Positions 48,028-58,658 are shown, counted from the stretch's first letter. The stretch is 64,000 bases of DNA from Roseibacillus sp. (GCA_965242925.1 CBDEUM010000012.1:160001-224000); one strand, 5' to 3'. Program-made: numbers and translations. The notes: generated by a model not told the origin, from the sequence alone.

Positions 48028-50496
48028 ATGAGATTTCCAATCCTGCTTTTGCACATGGGCTCCCGTCAGGGTGCCTTATTGCTCGCCGCCCTCATCTTCA
48101 CAGTCCCCCCCGCCGCCCTGGGCCAGGAGATCGACTTCGCCCGCGAGGTGCTCCCCATTCTCTCCAACAAGTGCTTCGTCTGCCACGGACCGGACACCAA
48201 GAAGAAGAACCAGCTCCGTCTCGATTCCCACGAGCATGCCACTGCCGACCGCGACGGCTATCACGCTATCGATCCCAAGGATCCCGCCGAGAGCGAGATG
48301 CTCGTGCGACTGCACGACAAGGAAGATCCCATGCCGCCCGAGGATGCCGAGAAGCAGCTGTCCGATGCCGAACGGAAGATCCTGATCCAGTGGGTGAAGG
48401 AAGGAGGAACCTACGCCAGACACTGGTCCTTCGTCCTACCCCGACGCACCGATCCGCCCAAGGGCGTCACTTCACAGGCTCCCATCGATCGTTTCGTGGA
48501 AGCCAGGCTCAAGGAAAAATCCGGCGGCAAGGTGGGTTTCGCCCCGGAGGCTGATCGCGCCACCCTCGCCCGGCGAGCCGCTCTCACCCTGACTGGCCTC
48601 CCCCCGGAACCGGCTGAACTCGCCACTTTCCTTGCCGATGACAAAGCCGACGCCTATCCCCGCTTCCTCGACAAGATCACGCAAAGTCCGCGTTACGGAG
48701 AGCATCAGGCCCGCTATTGGCTCGACGCCGTGCGCTACGGCGACACCCATGGACTCCATCTCGACAACAAGCGCGGGATCTATCCCTATCGAGACTGGGT
48801 TGTCCGCGCCTTCAACAAGAACCTCCCACTCGACGACTTCATCCTCTGGCAACTGGCTGGTGATCTCCTTCCAAATCCCTCCATCGAACAAAACGTGGCC
48901 ACGGGCTTCGTCCGCATGAACCCCTCCACTGCTGAGGGCGGTGCCATTCCGGCCGAGTTTCAGTGCAAGAACAATTTCGATCGCACCGAGACCCTTGGAA
49001 CAGTCCTGCTCGGAATGACAATGACCTGTGCACGCTGCCACACCCACAAGTACGACCCCATCACACAAACCGAGTATTACCAGCTCCTCGCCTTCTTCAA
49101 CTCCACTTCGGAGTCCCCCATGGATGGCAACAAATACGAATACGGGCCCGTCATGAAGGTTCCTGCTGATCAGGATGCCTGGGATGAATTGGAAACTTTA
49201 GCTGCCGATCATAAGGCCCTCCTGCAAGACGCAACCCGCAAGCATGCCGCCCTGCTTGCGGGTGCCGAGAAACAACAATGGGGGAAATCTTCGGACCGGG
49301 ACAAGCTGAACCGGATTGCAGACCCCAAGGGCCCCTTCAAGGATTCCCCGCTCCATCAGAAGGCCTCAACCCTGGCCCAGCGTTTCAACGAAGCAGAGAA
49401 GCGCTTCACTCCTACCCTCGTGGCTCGCGAACTGGGCAAGCCTCGTCCTACCAAGATGCTCCTGCGCGGCGAGTACGACCGCCCTGTCGGCGAACCGGTG
49501 CAACCTGATATCCCTTCGGCCATGGGAGCGCTTCCCGAGAATGCCCCGCGCAATCGCCTCGGACTCGCCCAGTGGCTCATCTCCCGTGAAAATCCGCTCG
49601 TCGCCCGCGTCCTCGTCAACCGTATCTGGCAACGGATCTTCGGTGAGGCTATCGTGCGCTCGCCTGAGGACTTCGGCCTCCAGGGCAAGCAACCTACCCA
49701 CCCGGAACTGCTCGACTGGCTCGCGGTCGAACTGCAGGAAAGCGGTTGGGATCTGCAGCACATGCTCCGTCTCATCCTCACCAGCAGGACCTTCAGACAG
49801 CAGTCCGCTCACCGGAAGGTCGCCTTTGAAGATCCCGAAAACCTCTGGTATTCACGGGGACCAAGTTACCGCCTCGACGCAGAAGTTATTCGCGACATGG
49901 CTCTCTGGTCCAGCAAGCTCCTCGACGGACACATGGGCGGGGAAGGAGTGAAGCCCTACCAACCCGCCGGCCTCTGGAAGGCGCTCATGCACCCCGGCAG
50001 CAATACCAAGAACTACGTCGCCGACAAGGGGAGCAAACTCTACCGTCGCAGCCTCTACGTTTACTGGAAGCGCACCAGCCCCCATCCCATGATGATCCTC
50101 TTTGATGCCCCTGACCGCGAGTCGAGTTGTGTCCGCCGCTCGCGTACCAACACCGCCCTGCAGTCACTGGGGCTTCTCAATGAAACGCAGCGCATTGAAA
50201 TGTCCCGCATACTGGCGGAGCGCCTTGTTACCGAGGCCAGGGACGACGACAGCCGAATGGATCTCCTCTTCACCCTGGCGGCCAGCCGGCCGCCCACCGA
50301 CGCCGAAAGAACAGCCTGTGACACCCTTCTGGAAAAAATGCAGGCCCGCTACCAGTCTGCGAAGGAAGATGCCCTTGCCCTCCTCTCCACCGGCAACTCA
50401 CCCCGTAACGAAATGCTCAACCCCGCCGAGGTGGCCGCCTGGAGCCAGGTGGCGACTACGGTCCTCGCAAGCGATGTGGCCCTCCTGCTCCGCTGA
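48028..50496 (+). CDS. Planctomycete-type cytochrome c + DUF1549 + DUF1553 protein
   Basis: CFVCH and CARCH haem motifs; HWSF, LTGLPP, YGEHQARYWLD, PTHPELLDWLA, RRSLY. Confidence 0.92.
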   Translation: MRFPILLLHMGSRQGALLLAALIFTVPPAALGQEIDFAREVLPILSNKCFVCHGPDTKKKNQLRLDSHEHATADRDGYHAIDPKDPAESEMLVRLHDKEDPMPPEDAEKQLSDAERKILIQWVKEGGTYARHWSFVLPRRTDPPKGVTSQAPIDRFVEARLKEKSGGKVGFAPEADRATLARRAALTLTGLPPEPAELATFLADDKADAYPRFLDKITQSPRYGEHQARYWLDAVRYGDTHGLHLDNKRGIYPYRDWVVRAFNKNLPLDDFILWQLAGDLLPNPSIEQNVATGFVRMNPSTAEGGAIPAEFQCKNNFDRTETLGTVLLGMTMTCARCHTHKYDPITQTEYYQLLAFFNSTSESPMDGNKYEYGPVMKVPADQDAWDELETLAADHKALLQDATRKHAALLAGAEKQQWGKSSDRDKLNRIADPKGPFKDSPLHQKASTLAQRFNEAEKRFTPTLVARELGKPRPTKMLLRGEYDRPVGEPVQPDIPSAMGALPENAPRNRLGLAQWLISRENPLVARVLVNRIWQRIFGEAIVRSPEDFGLQGKQPTHPELLDWLAVELQESGWDLQHMLRLILTSRTFRQQSAHRKVAFEDPENLWYSRGPSYRLDAEVIRDMALWSSKLLDGHMGGEGVKPYQPAGLWKALMHPGSNTKNYVADKGSKLYRRSLYVYWKRTSPHPMMILFDAPDRESSCVRRSRTNTALQSLGLLNETQRIEMSRILAERLVTEARDDDSRMDLLFTLAASRPPTDAERTACDTLLEKMQARYQSAKEDALALLSTGNSPRNEMLNPAEVAAWSQVATTVLASDVALLLR

Positions 50497-50538
50497 CTCT
50501 TCCGCCTCCACTCCAGAAACTGAAAACCATGCCCTGAC

Positions 50539-52035
50539 ATGAATCTTCACGACCACCAACTCTCCCTCACGCGCCGCCAGCTCTTTGGGCGCTCCGCCCT
50601 CGGACTTGGAACCGCGGCCCTGACACAGATGCTGCCCCACCAACTGCTGGCGACCGAGGGAAAGGCCGACCTCAATGGCGGAATTCACCATCGTGCCACT
50701 GCCAAGCGCGTCATCTACCTCTTCATGAGCGGGGGGCCCAGCCACCTCGACACCTGGGACTACAAGCCCGGGATGCGTGAGATGTTTGGCCAGGACCTGC
50801 CCAAGCATATCCGCGACGGACAACGGATCACAGGGATGACCGCCGGGCAGAAAACGCACCCGGTCTGCCCTTCCAAGTACAAGTTTACCAAACATGAAAA
50901 CAACCAGGAGGGTCTGTGGGCAAGTGAGCTGCTTTCCCATACCGCCAAGGTCGCCAAGGAGCTCTGCGTGGTGAACAGCACCTACACCGAGGCCATCAAC
51001 CACGATCCCGCCATCACTTACATCCAGACCGGCAGCCAGGTCCCCGGGCGTCCCAGCCTGGGCGCCTGGCTCAGCTACGGACTGGGCAGCATGAACAGGG
51101 ACCTGCCCGGCTACATCGTCATGCACGCCAAAACCAGCTTCCCCGAGCAAAGCCTTTTCAACCGCCTCTGGGGTCCGGGCTTCCTGCCTGCCGAGCACCA
51201 GGGTGTCCTCCTCCGCAGCCAGGGCGATCCGGTCCTCTACCTCAGCAACCCCAAGGGCACCTCCCGCGAGGATCGCCGCGCCCAGCTCGACACCCTCGCT
51301 GCCCTCAACAGGAGCCAGCACGAGAAGTCCCTTGACCCTCAGACCCTCGCCCGCATCAAGCAGCACGAGTTGGCCTTCCGCATGCAGACTTCCGTCCCTG
51401 AACTGATGGATCTCACCAAGGAAAGCGACAAGACCTTCGAACTCTACGGCGAGGAGGCTCGCCAGGCCGGCACTTTCGCGGCCTGCTGTCTCAATGCCCG
51501 CCGTCTCTCCGAGCGAGGAGTCCGCAATATCCAGATCTTCCACCGCGGATGGGATGCCCACGGTGGCCTGCCCCGCGAGCACGAATCCCAGTGCAGGGAC
51601 ATCGACCGCGCCTGCTACGCCCTCATCACCGACCTGAAACAGCGCGGGATGCTCGATGAAACCCTCGTCGTCTGGGGCGGAGAATTCGGCCGCACCTCCT
51701 ACTGCCAGGGCAAACTCACCAAGGAAAACTACGGACGCGATCATCACCCCCGCTGCTTTACCACCTGGATGGCCGGCGGCGGCATCAAGCCCGGTATCAC
51801 CTACGGAAAGAGCGATGACTATGGCTACAATATCGCCAACCCCGACGGAACCCCCATGTTGCCCAAGCCAGAGAAGGACAAGTGGACTCCCGGCACCATG
51901 CACATCCACGACCGCAACGCCACTATCCTGCATCTTCTGGGTATCAACCACCGCCGCCTCACCTACCGCTACCAGGGACGCGACTTCCGCCTCACTGATA
52001 TCCACGGTCACGTGCTGAAGGATATCCTTACCTGA
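50539..52035 (+). CDS. DUF1501 protein with Tat-like signal
   Basis: TRRQLF; VIYLFMSGGPSHLDTWD, GWDAH, WGGEFGRT, GRDHHP, GRDFRLTD. Confidence 0.92.
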   Translation: MNLHDHQLSLTRRQLFGRSALGLGTAALTQMLPHQLLATEGKADLNGGIHHRATAKRVIYLFMSGGPSHLDTWDYKPGMREMFGQDLPKHIRDGQRITGMTAGQKTHPVCPSKYKFTKHENNQEGLWASELLSHTAKVAKELCVVNSTYTEAINHDPAITYIQTGSQVPGRPSLGAWLSYGLGSMNRDLPGYIVMHAKTSFPEQSLFNRLWGPGFLPAEHQGVLLRSQGDPVLYLSNPKGTSREDRRAQLDTLAALNRSQHEKSLDPQTLARIKQHELAFRMQTSVPELMDLTKESDKTFELYGEEARQAGTFAACCLNARRLSERGVRNIQIFHRGWDAHGGLPREHESQCRDIDRACYALITDLKQRGMLDETLVVWGGEFGRTSYCQGKLTKENYGRDHHPRCFTTWMAGGGIKPGITYGKSDDYGYNIANPDGTPMLPKPEKDKWTPGTMHIHDRNATILHLLGINHRRLTYRYQGRDFRLTDIHGHVLKDILT

Positions 52036-52229
52036 GGATTGCCGGAGGGCAGGCATCCGCCGGACACCACCCGTAGCGGGCATGGTCACGGTGGGCTTGA
52101 GTCGTCGTTGAACAGACCGGGCAGGTGACGGCCCGGAATCTGTTCCCTGCTGGCGGCTCAGTGAAACTGCCCTTCTCAGCTTTACACCTCTCCTTCCACG
52201 CTCGATACTGCAGAATCGCCTTCGCGGAC

Positions 52230-53675
52230 ATGTCCCGACTTCCGCATTATCATCCCACCCGCCGCACCGTCCTCCAGGCGGGTTCCATCGGTCTCATGGG
52301 GCTGGGGATGAACCACCTGGGGCTGATTCGCTCGCTGGCAGCCGCAGGGACCAGAACCAGCAGCGCCAGGGCCCGTAACGTCATTTACATCTTCCTCTCC
52401 GGTGGACTTGCCCAGCACGAGTCCTTCGACATGAAGCCGGAGGCGCCTCGCGAGATCCGAGGGGAGTTTAGTCCCATCAAGACCAGGACCCCAGGTCTCC
52501 ATATCTGCGAGCACCTCCCCGAATTGGCCAAGCGCAGTGAGATGTGGTCGCTCTGCCGCTCTCTGACCCACCCCTCGAACGAACACTCGCAGGGCCATCA
52601 CATCATGCTCACCGGGCGTAGCGAAATACCGCCCAACTTCAGCCCCAGCAAGCCACAGGAGAGCGATTGGCCATCCCTCGCGGCCCTGGCAAACGAGCTG
52701 CTTCCCCGACGTGGCAACCTCCCTCCCGCGATTGTTCTCCCCGACAAGATCAAGCATCGCACCGGCCGCATCATTCCCGGGCAGTTTGCCGGTCAACTGG
52801 GTGCCAAGAAGGAGCCCTTCTGGATTGAAGCCTCCCGATTTGACCCGAACTCCTACGGCGCCTATCCGGACTACCTTTTCCACCACGCCCGGGGAAAAGA
52901 AGACGGCAGCAAATACAGTTTCGATTCTCCCGCCTTTTCGCTTCCGGAGGGATTGGACTTCCGCCGCCTGCGCGATCGGGTGAGCCTCCTAGAAAATCTC
53001 AATCAGCAGAGCATTCACCTTGAGAAGGCCGGCGAAACCCATCAACTCGACCGTTATCAGGAGATGGTGGCCAACCTCCTGTTGGATCCCACCGTCAAGG
53101 ATGCCTTCGATGTGCACTCCGCCGATCCCGCATTACAGGAACGCTATGGACGGAATTCCTTCGGCTGGTCCCTCCTTCTCGCCCGCCAACTGGTCGAGTC
53201 CGGGGTGCGCCTGGTACAGGTCAACCTCGGCAACAATGAAGCCTGGGACACTCACCAGGCCGCTTTCCCCAATCTCCGGAACTACCTCCTCCCTCCCATG
53301 GACCGCGCCGTCTCGGCCCTCCTTGATGACCTCAGCGAACGCGGACTGCTGGAGGACACCCTCGTGGTGATGGCCAGCGAGTTCGGACGCACCCCGCGCA
53401 TCTTCAAGATCCCCAAGGCCAAGCTTCCCGGCCGCGATCACTGGGGGGCGGTCCAGACCGTTTTCTTCGCCGGGGGCGGTGTAGAGGGTGGGCGCGTCAT
53501 CGGTTCGTCCGACCAGAAGGGCGAATTCCCTGCCAGTGATCCCCAGAAGCCGGAAGATCTCGCCGCCACCATTTACGACGCCCTGGGCCTGCCCCCCAGC
53601 ATCAGGTGGCATGACCCCGAGCAGCGTCCGCACTTCCTCTATCACGGGAAACCCATGGCCGGGCTGTTCTCCTGA
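52230..53675 (+). CDS. Second DUF1501 protein with Tat-like signal
   Basis: TRRTVL; FLSGG, FDMKP, WDTH, EFGRTP, GRDHW; start moved to ATG 52230. Confidence 0.92.
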   Translation: MSRLPHYHPTRRTVLQAGSIGLMGLGMNHLGLIRSLAAAGTRTSSARARNVIYIFLSGGLAQHESFDMKPEAPREIRGEFSPIKTRTPGLHICEHLPELAKRSEMWSLCRSLTHPSNEHSQGHHIMLTGRSEIPPNFSPSKPQESDWPSLAALANELLPRRGNLPPAIVLPDKIKHRTGRIIPGQFAGQLGAKKEPFWIEASRFDPNSYGAYPDYLFHHARGKEDGSKYSFDSPAFSLPEGLDFRRLRDRVSLLENLNQQSIHLEKAGETHQLDRYQEMVANLLLDPTVKDAFDVHSADPALQERYGRNSFGWSLLLARQLVESGVRLVQVNLGNNEAWDTHQAAFPNLRNYLLPPMDRAVSALLDDLSERGLLEDTLVVMASEFGRTPRIFKIPKAKLPGRDHWGAVQTVFFAGGGVEGGRVIGSSDQKGEFPASDPQKPEDLAATIYDALGLPPSIRWHDPEQRPHFLYHGKPMAGLFS

Positions 53676-53719
53676 TCGGTTCCTCCGCAGGCAACCCCTG
53701 ACCCCGGGCCAACTGACCT

Positions 53720-54358
53720 CTACTGTTCCTCCACCCCGGGACCGTCACCCGGATCTCTGCCAACCAATTTCGACGAACCAACCCCGAACATGGTGAGAGA
53801 TTCCAGGGTGGCATGCATGGAGGCCTGCAGGGGGTGGACTCGTTCCCTGGGAACCAACTGCACCTGTCCAATGGTGGCAGCCGGTACCGAGGGCAGGAAG
53901 ACTGCCACTTTTCCGTCAGCCAACTCTTCGATTTCAAATCCAACCGCCCGCGAATCGGAGCCGTAGAGATCCACCAGCACAGGACGAAACTGTCGTTCTT
54001 CCTCATGCCCGAGATACTGGTGAATCAGGGTCCGGATCATGCTGTATCCCGGAATACGCTCGAGAAGAAAGCGCTCGATCCAGCCCCGCATCGCTGATCC
54101 CCACCGCGTCCTGACCGCGACCCCCGTAAAGTAGCAGAGCAGAAATACGGCCGACAGAGCCATGGCGATTACCGAGTAGCGCAAGAAGATGGAGTCAAAG
54201 GGAAGCTTCTCCACCACGGGGAGCAGAAGCGACCTGAAGAGAGAGGTAATCTGCCAGAGGGCAAATCCGATAATCCCGATCGGAACCACCACCAGTACGG
54301 CACCCATCAGCGTTGTCTTCAAAAACCCGAGGGGCTTTCCATCCTTGTCAACGGCCAT
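53720..54358 (-). CDS. DUF502-family membrane protein
   Basis: Two N-terminal TMs, ERIPGYS, VFLPSVP; start moved to ATG 54358. Confidence 0.8.
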   Translation of the reverse strand: MAVDKDGKPLGFLKTTLMGAVLVVVPIGIIGFALWQITSLFRSLLLPVVEKLPFDSIFLRYSVIAMALSAVFLLCYFTGVAVRTRWGSAMRGWIERFLLERIPGYSMIRTLIHQYLGHEEERQFRPVLVDLYGSDSRAVGFEIEELADGKVAVFLPSVPAATIGQVQLVPRERVHPLQASMHATLESLTMFGVGSSKLVGRDPGDGPGVEEQ

Positions 54359-54469
54359 GACGTATTTCTGCACGAATCGACTGGAGTGTCGACGCTTTGG
54401 AGCAGATCCTCCCTTTAAAGCGGCTTCAACCTGAAGGAGGCAGTTTCTCCTCAGGTCTATCAGCCTCAA

Positions 54470-56500
54470 TCAGTTCCTCCCCTCTAATCCGCCTTCCGTT
54501 CCTTCAGCCTGCGCCGGCTCATACCACTCGCCGCGCAGCCAATCAACGATGAAGCCGATTTCCTCGTCGCTGATTTGAGCCGGCCGTTCAAGCGATCCAT
54601 CCTCCCTGTATTTCGGGCCGAAAATGGACATGCGGTCATTTCGTTTCCCGTAGAAACGCTTGTGCGCGGGATTCCTGATGAAGGCAATTTGCCACTCCCG
54701 GTTGCCATAGCCCGTCAGATCGATGCCCTTCTCCCCTTCCCCGTGGTAGACGTGACAGTCGGTGCATTCAATCGAAAGCAATTCACGACCCTCCTCGACA
54801 AGTTCTGCATCAGCCGCATCTAGCACGCTCTGGGCCTTGAGTTTGGCTTCCGCAGAAAGGGCCACTGCCATCGCGTGAACCTCTTCGGGAGGAAGATCCC
54901 CAAAGCTGTCACCCTTGAGAAACTTCAACATCTTGCTGCCTTCCATGAGCTTGGTTGCGCCCAGGAGATCACGATGCGCGAAGGACTCCGCATTCAGAAT
55001 ATTCCTGGACCACTCACGCCCCGCGAAGCCTTTCAGATCGGAGGCGCTCTGCCTGTTCTTGACCGGTTGGCCCGTTCCGTCGTGCCCACCGTAAACATGG
55101 CAGGAGGCGCAGTTCTTCGCAAAAAGATTGGGCCCCTGGATAAGCGGATCGTTGCGCAGCAAGCTGATCGCCCCCTCCGGCGGGATCCCGTCGGGCGACT
55201 TGGCGAGCACCTTGACCCGGTCGGCTTCACGATGGGCTACCGCCACTGCCGCCTGATGCCCGGCACTGGTCCAGTCATGCGTAAAGGCCACCAGCGTGTA
55301 ATGCACGAACCCTCCCAGCACTACCACGAGGAATACGAGGTTGAACATGTGCCCCATCCGCTTGCGGCCAATGAAGGGCATCAGGAAGACAACCGTCGCC
55401 ACCACGCCCGGAATGACGAAAGCGCCCGTCATCAGGTCGAAGTCCTTGAGCAGGGCAAAGAGGGCCATGAAATACCAGTCCGGACGGGCCGCGGAGTAGT
55501 TTTCCGATGGATCAGCGGGCGCGCTCAGCTCCGTTCCAACCTGGCTCACGAAAAAGAGGATCCCGCCCATCACCACTGCACAGGCAATGGCATCCCGCAG
55601 GACCTGGTCCGGCCAGAAATAAGCGTCCCCGCGACGGGGGCGGGCGTTGTCCTCTTCCTCCAGGCCTCTCTTGCGCACGTAAAGATAGAGCACCCGCAAC
55701 AGACAGAGCAGCGTGATCACTCCGGGCACGATTCCCACCAACGGCTTGGAGCCCTCCGGGAAAGCCTCCCAGTTGATCCCAACCATCACCATCGCAAAAC
55801 CCATCGTAAAAAGGGAGACCCACCAGAAGGGGCGGGTGGAGGCGGCTGTCTTGTGTGCCGCCGGTGTGATCCCGTGCTTCCGGAACAGATAGATGTGCAG
55901 CACGATGAGACCGATCAGGAGGGCCGGCAGCACCCCGGCATGCAGGGCAAAGAAACGGGTGAGGGTATGATGCCCTGCCTCGTTGCCGCCGATGAGAAGC
56001 TGCTTGAGATAATCTCCGATGAGGGGCGTGTTCCCCACGATGTTGGTGGCTACCTCGGTAGCCCAGTAGCCTTTCTGGTCCCAGGGCAGGAGATAGCCGG
56101 TGAGCCCGAGACCCATCGTCACTCCCAGGAGGGCGAGGCCAAACCAGAAGTTGAATTCCCGCGGGGCCTTGTAGGCCCCGTCCACAAGCACCTGGACCAG
56201 ATGAAGGACCAGTAGCACGATCATGAACTGCGAAGTCCAGTGATGAATCCCCCGTAGCCAGTCGCCGCCTTTCACGTTCTCCTGGAGATGATAAACGCTC
56301 TCCCACGCCGAGTTCGCACTCGGACTGTAGAACATCCATAGCATGATCCCGGTAATGAACTGGACCAGGATGGCAAAGGTCAGGGTGCTCCCCCACACAT
56401 AGCGCCAGCGCGCCCCGCCAGGGATATTTTCGAAAAGGGCCTCTCGGGTGAGCCGCCGGATTCCGGTACGGTTGTCGATCCAGTTCAGCAGGTTCTTCAT
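54470..56500 (-). CDS. Cytochrome b of a Rieske/cytb complex fused to a diheme cytochrome c
   Basis: RGIHHW...LH, GYLLPWDQKGYWA, FFALH...LH, RPDWYF; CASCH and CTDCH. Confidence 0.95.
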   Translation of the reverse strand: MKNLLNWIDNRTGIRRLTREALFENIPGGARWRYVWGSTLTFAILVQFITGIMLWMFYSPSANSAWESVYHLQENVKGGDWLRGIHHWTSQFMIVLLVLHLVQVLVDGAYKAPREFNFWFGLALLGVTMGLGLTGYLLPWDQKGYWATEVATNIVGNTPLIGDYLKQLLIGGNEAGHHTLTRFFALHAGVLPALLIGLIVLHIYLFRKHGITPAAHKTAASTRPFWWVSLFTMGFAMVMVGINWEAFPEGSKPLVGIVPGVITLLCLLRVLYLYVRKRGLEEEDNARPRRGDAYFWPDQVLRDAIACAVVMGGILFFVSQVGTELSAPADPSENYSAARPDWYFMALFALLKDFDLMTGAFVIPGVVATVVFLMPFIGRKRMGHMFNLVFLVVVLGGFVHYTLVAFTHDWTSAGHQAAVAVAHREADRVKVLAKSPDGIPPEGAISLLRNDPLIQGPNLFAKNCASCHVYGGHDGTGQPVKNRQSASDLKGFAGREWSRNILNAESFAHRDLLGATKLMEGSKMLKFLKGDSFGDLPPEEVHAMAVALSAEAKLKAQSVLDAADAELVEEGRELLSIECTDCHVYHGEGEKGIDLTGYGNREWQIAFIRNPAHKRFYGKRNDRMSIFGPKYREDGSLERPAQISDEEIGFIVDWLRGEWYEPAQAEGTEGGLEGRN

Positions 56501-56528
56501 CGAGGAAGGGAATCAGGAGTTGAACAGG

Positions 56529-57197
56529 TCACGAGACCACCTTCTTTTCGGAGATGCCGGCCTTGAATTTCTGGAAGCGGACCCAGATTTCCCCCTCCTC
56601 CAGCTTCTCCTGGTCAACTTCCAGAACGTCCAGACCGCGCTTGGCCTGGGTGTTGTCAGGAGCAAGGCTGCCATCCGTCCGGAAGCTGCTTTCGTGACAG
56701 GGACAATAGTAATGTGCCCCATAAGCGCCCTCCCTGCGGTACTCCACTGCACACCCGGCATGCGGACAACTCGCGCTGAAGACCACTACCTTCTTCTCTG
56801 CAACACGCTGGGCGTAAACAAGCCCCAGCGGAAGATCCTTGTAGGTGGTCCAGGCATCGGTCTTGTCCGCAATCACCTTGAAGGCCTGAGGAGGACCACC
56901 CGCTTCCAGGCTGTCGAGGGTTGTCAGACGTGCCAGAATCCCCCCCGCCTTGCTGCTGAAAAGCGGACTGAGCACCACCCGCAACCCTACCATGGTGGGC
57001 GCCGCCACGATCGCACTCCCGAGCGCAATGCTTAAGAATTCCCGTCGTGGGGGACTTGCATCCTCGGGAGACGCAGGCTCAACCGGATCCTCTCCTTCCT
57101 CTTTCAGCTTTTCGTGCGCCCCCCCATCCTGCACCCCACGAAGCGCCTCAGACATCGGCACATCGGCAATATCGTCATCTGGATCGTTAATGGACAT
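56529..57197 (-). CDS. Rieske 2Fe-2S subunit
   Basis: Tat motif RREFL plus TM; CPHAGC and CPCHESSF. Confidence 0.95.
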   Translation of the reverse strand: MSINDPDDDIADVPMSEALRGVQDGGAHEKLKEEGEDPVEPASPEDASPPRREFLSIALGSAIVAAPTMVGLRVVLSPLFSSKAGGILARLTTLDSLEAGGPPQAFKVIADKTDAWTTYKDLPLGLVYAQRVAEKKVVVFSASCPHAGCAVEYRREGAYGAHYYCPCHESSFRTDGSLAPDNTQAKRGLDVLEVDQEKLEEGEIWVRFQKFKAGISEKKVVS

Positions 57198-57343
57198 CGT
57201 TTGTTCCGAATGATACGGCCGGGACTCTACCGCTAAATCACTTTCATCTCAAGGCCGCCGCGTGATCGCACGATCTCAACTCTCAGACTGAAGATCTTCC
57301 AATGCAGATTCTCTCCAATGGGAGCTCTCAATCCTGAAATCCA

Positions 57344-58658
57344 TCAAATACCCCACCCCTTCCGCGGCTCACTCCTGATGAGTTGATCGGCTTCCGGGTT
57401 CCCCTTGGCTTTCAGATTCTCCGCGTCCCACTCAATTTTTCTGCTGCTCCGCAAGGCCACATTGCCCAGCAGGACCATCTCGGTGAGAGGCACGGAATAC
57501 TCGAAGTTCGAGAGGCAGAGAGAGCCTCCCTTGCAGGCCTTGATCCACTCCTTATAGGGGTTGTCTCCCACCCGCGGGAAGATCGGATCGGGATCCTCGT
57601 AATTCAACTCCTTGCCCTCCGCCAGCACGCGGAAGCCATTCGGGTTCCACTCCCGGAAGGCGATGGTGGCCTTTGACCCGACGATGAGACTGCCATTCTT
57701 GGGCAGGCTCTTCTCCCCTATGATATCAGGACTCGGCTTCTTGCCTCCATCATACCAGGTCAGGCTCACCGGCGGCTTTTCACCCCGGGCGGGAAACTCA
57801 TAGCGGATCACGCTCCACTTCGGCGCGGTGTCCTTGTTCACACCCGAGACATCGGCCATCACGCTGGTAGGCGCACCAAGGTCCAGTGCCCAGAAAGCGG
57901 CATCCATATTGTGACAACCCATATCCCCAAGCGCCCCCGTCCCGAAGTCCCAGAAACCACGCCATTTGAAGGGATGGTACCCGTCGTGATAAGGGCGCTC
58001 CGGAGCGGCTCCCAACCACAGATCCCAGTCGAGATACTCGGGCACCGGCTTGGAACCCTCGGGCCGATCCATTCCCTGCGGCCAGATCGGTCGGTCGGTC
58101 CACACGTGTGCCTCCTTCACCTCCCCTATGATCCCGGCCCGCACCACTTCCACCAGCTTGCGCGTGCTGCTGTAGGAGTGCCCTTGGTTACCCATCTGCG
58201 TGATGACTTTCTTTTTCCGGGACAGCTTCAGCATTTCACGGGCCTGCCAGACATTGTGCGCGAGCGGCTTCTGCACGTAGACGTGCAACCCCAGCTGCAT
58301 TGCCAGCATGCTGGCCGGAAAGTGATGATGATCCGGGGTGCTGACCGTCACCGCATCAAGCTTATCGCCGATTTTCTCCAGCATCACACGATAGTCGCTG
58401 AAAGTCTCCGCCTTGGGAAACCTCCCCTTCCGGGCGCGCAACGTCCGTTCGTCGACATCGCAGAGCGCGACAATGTTTTCGCTCATTACGCCCTCACTGT
58501 CCGCGGTTCCCTTGCCGCCCGCACCAATCACACCGATATTAAGCTTTTCGTTTGGGGAAACCTTGCGCCCGAAGAGCGAACCGCTGGGTAGGATCAAGGG
58601 ACCGGCAACTGAAGCGGATGTTCCAAGAAAATCGACGACGGGACAGATTGGCTCTCAT
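57344..58658 (-). CDS. Gfo/Idh/MocA oxidoreductase; Tat signal separated from the body by a +1 frameshift
   Basis: IGAGGKG, STPDHHH, VQKPL, QMGNQ, GALGDMGCH; ATG 58658 (MRANLSRRRF) lies 61 nt upstream of the in-frame TTG at 58597. Confidence 0.88.

Noticed and set aside
50398..52089. 563-aa minus-strand ORF
   Set aside because: Antisense shadow of DUF1501
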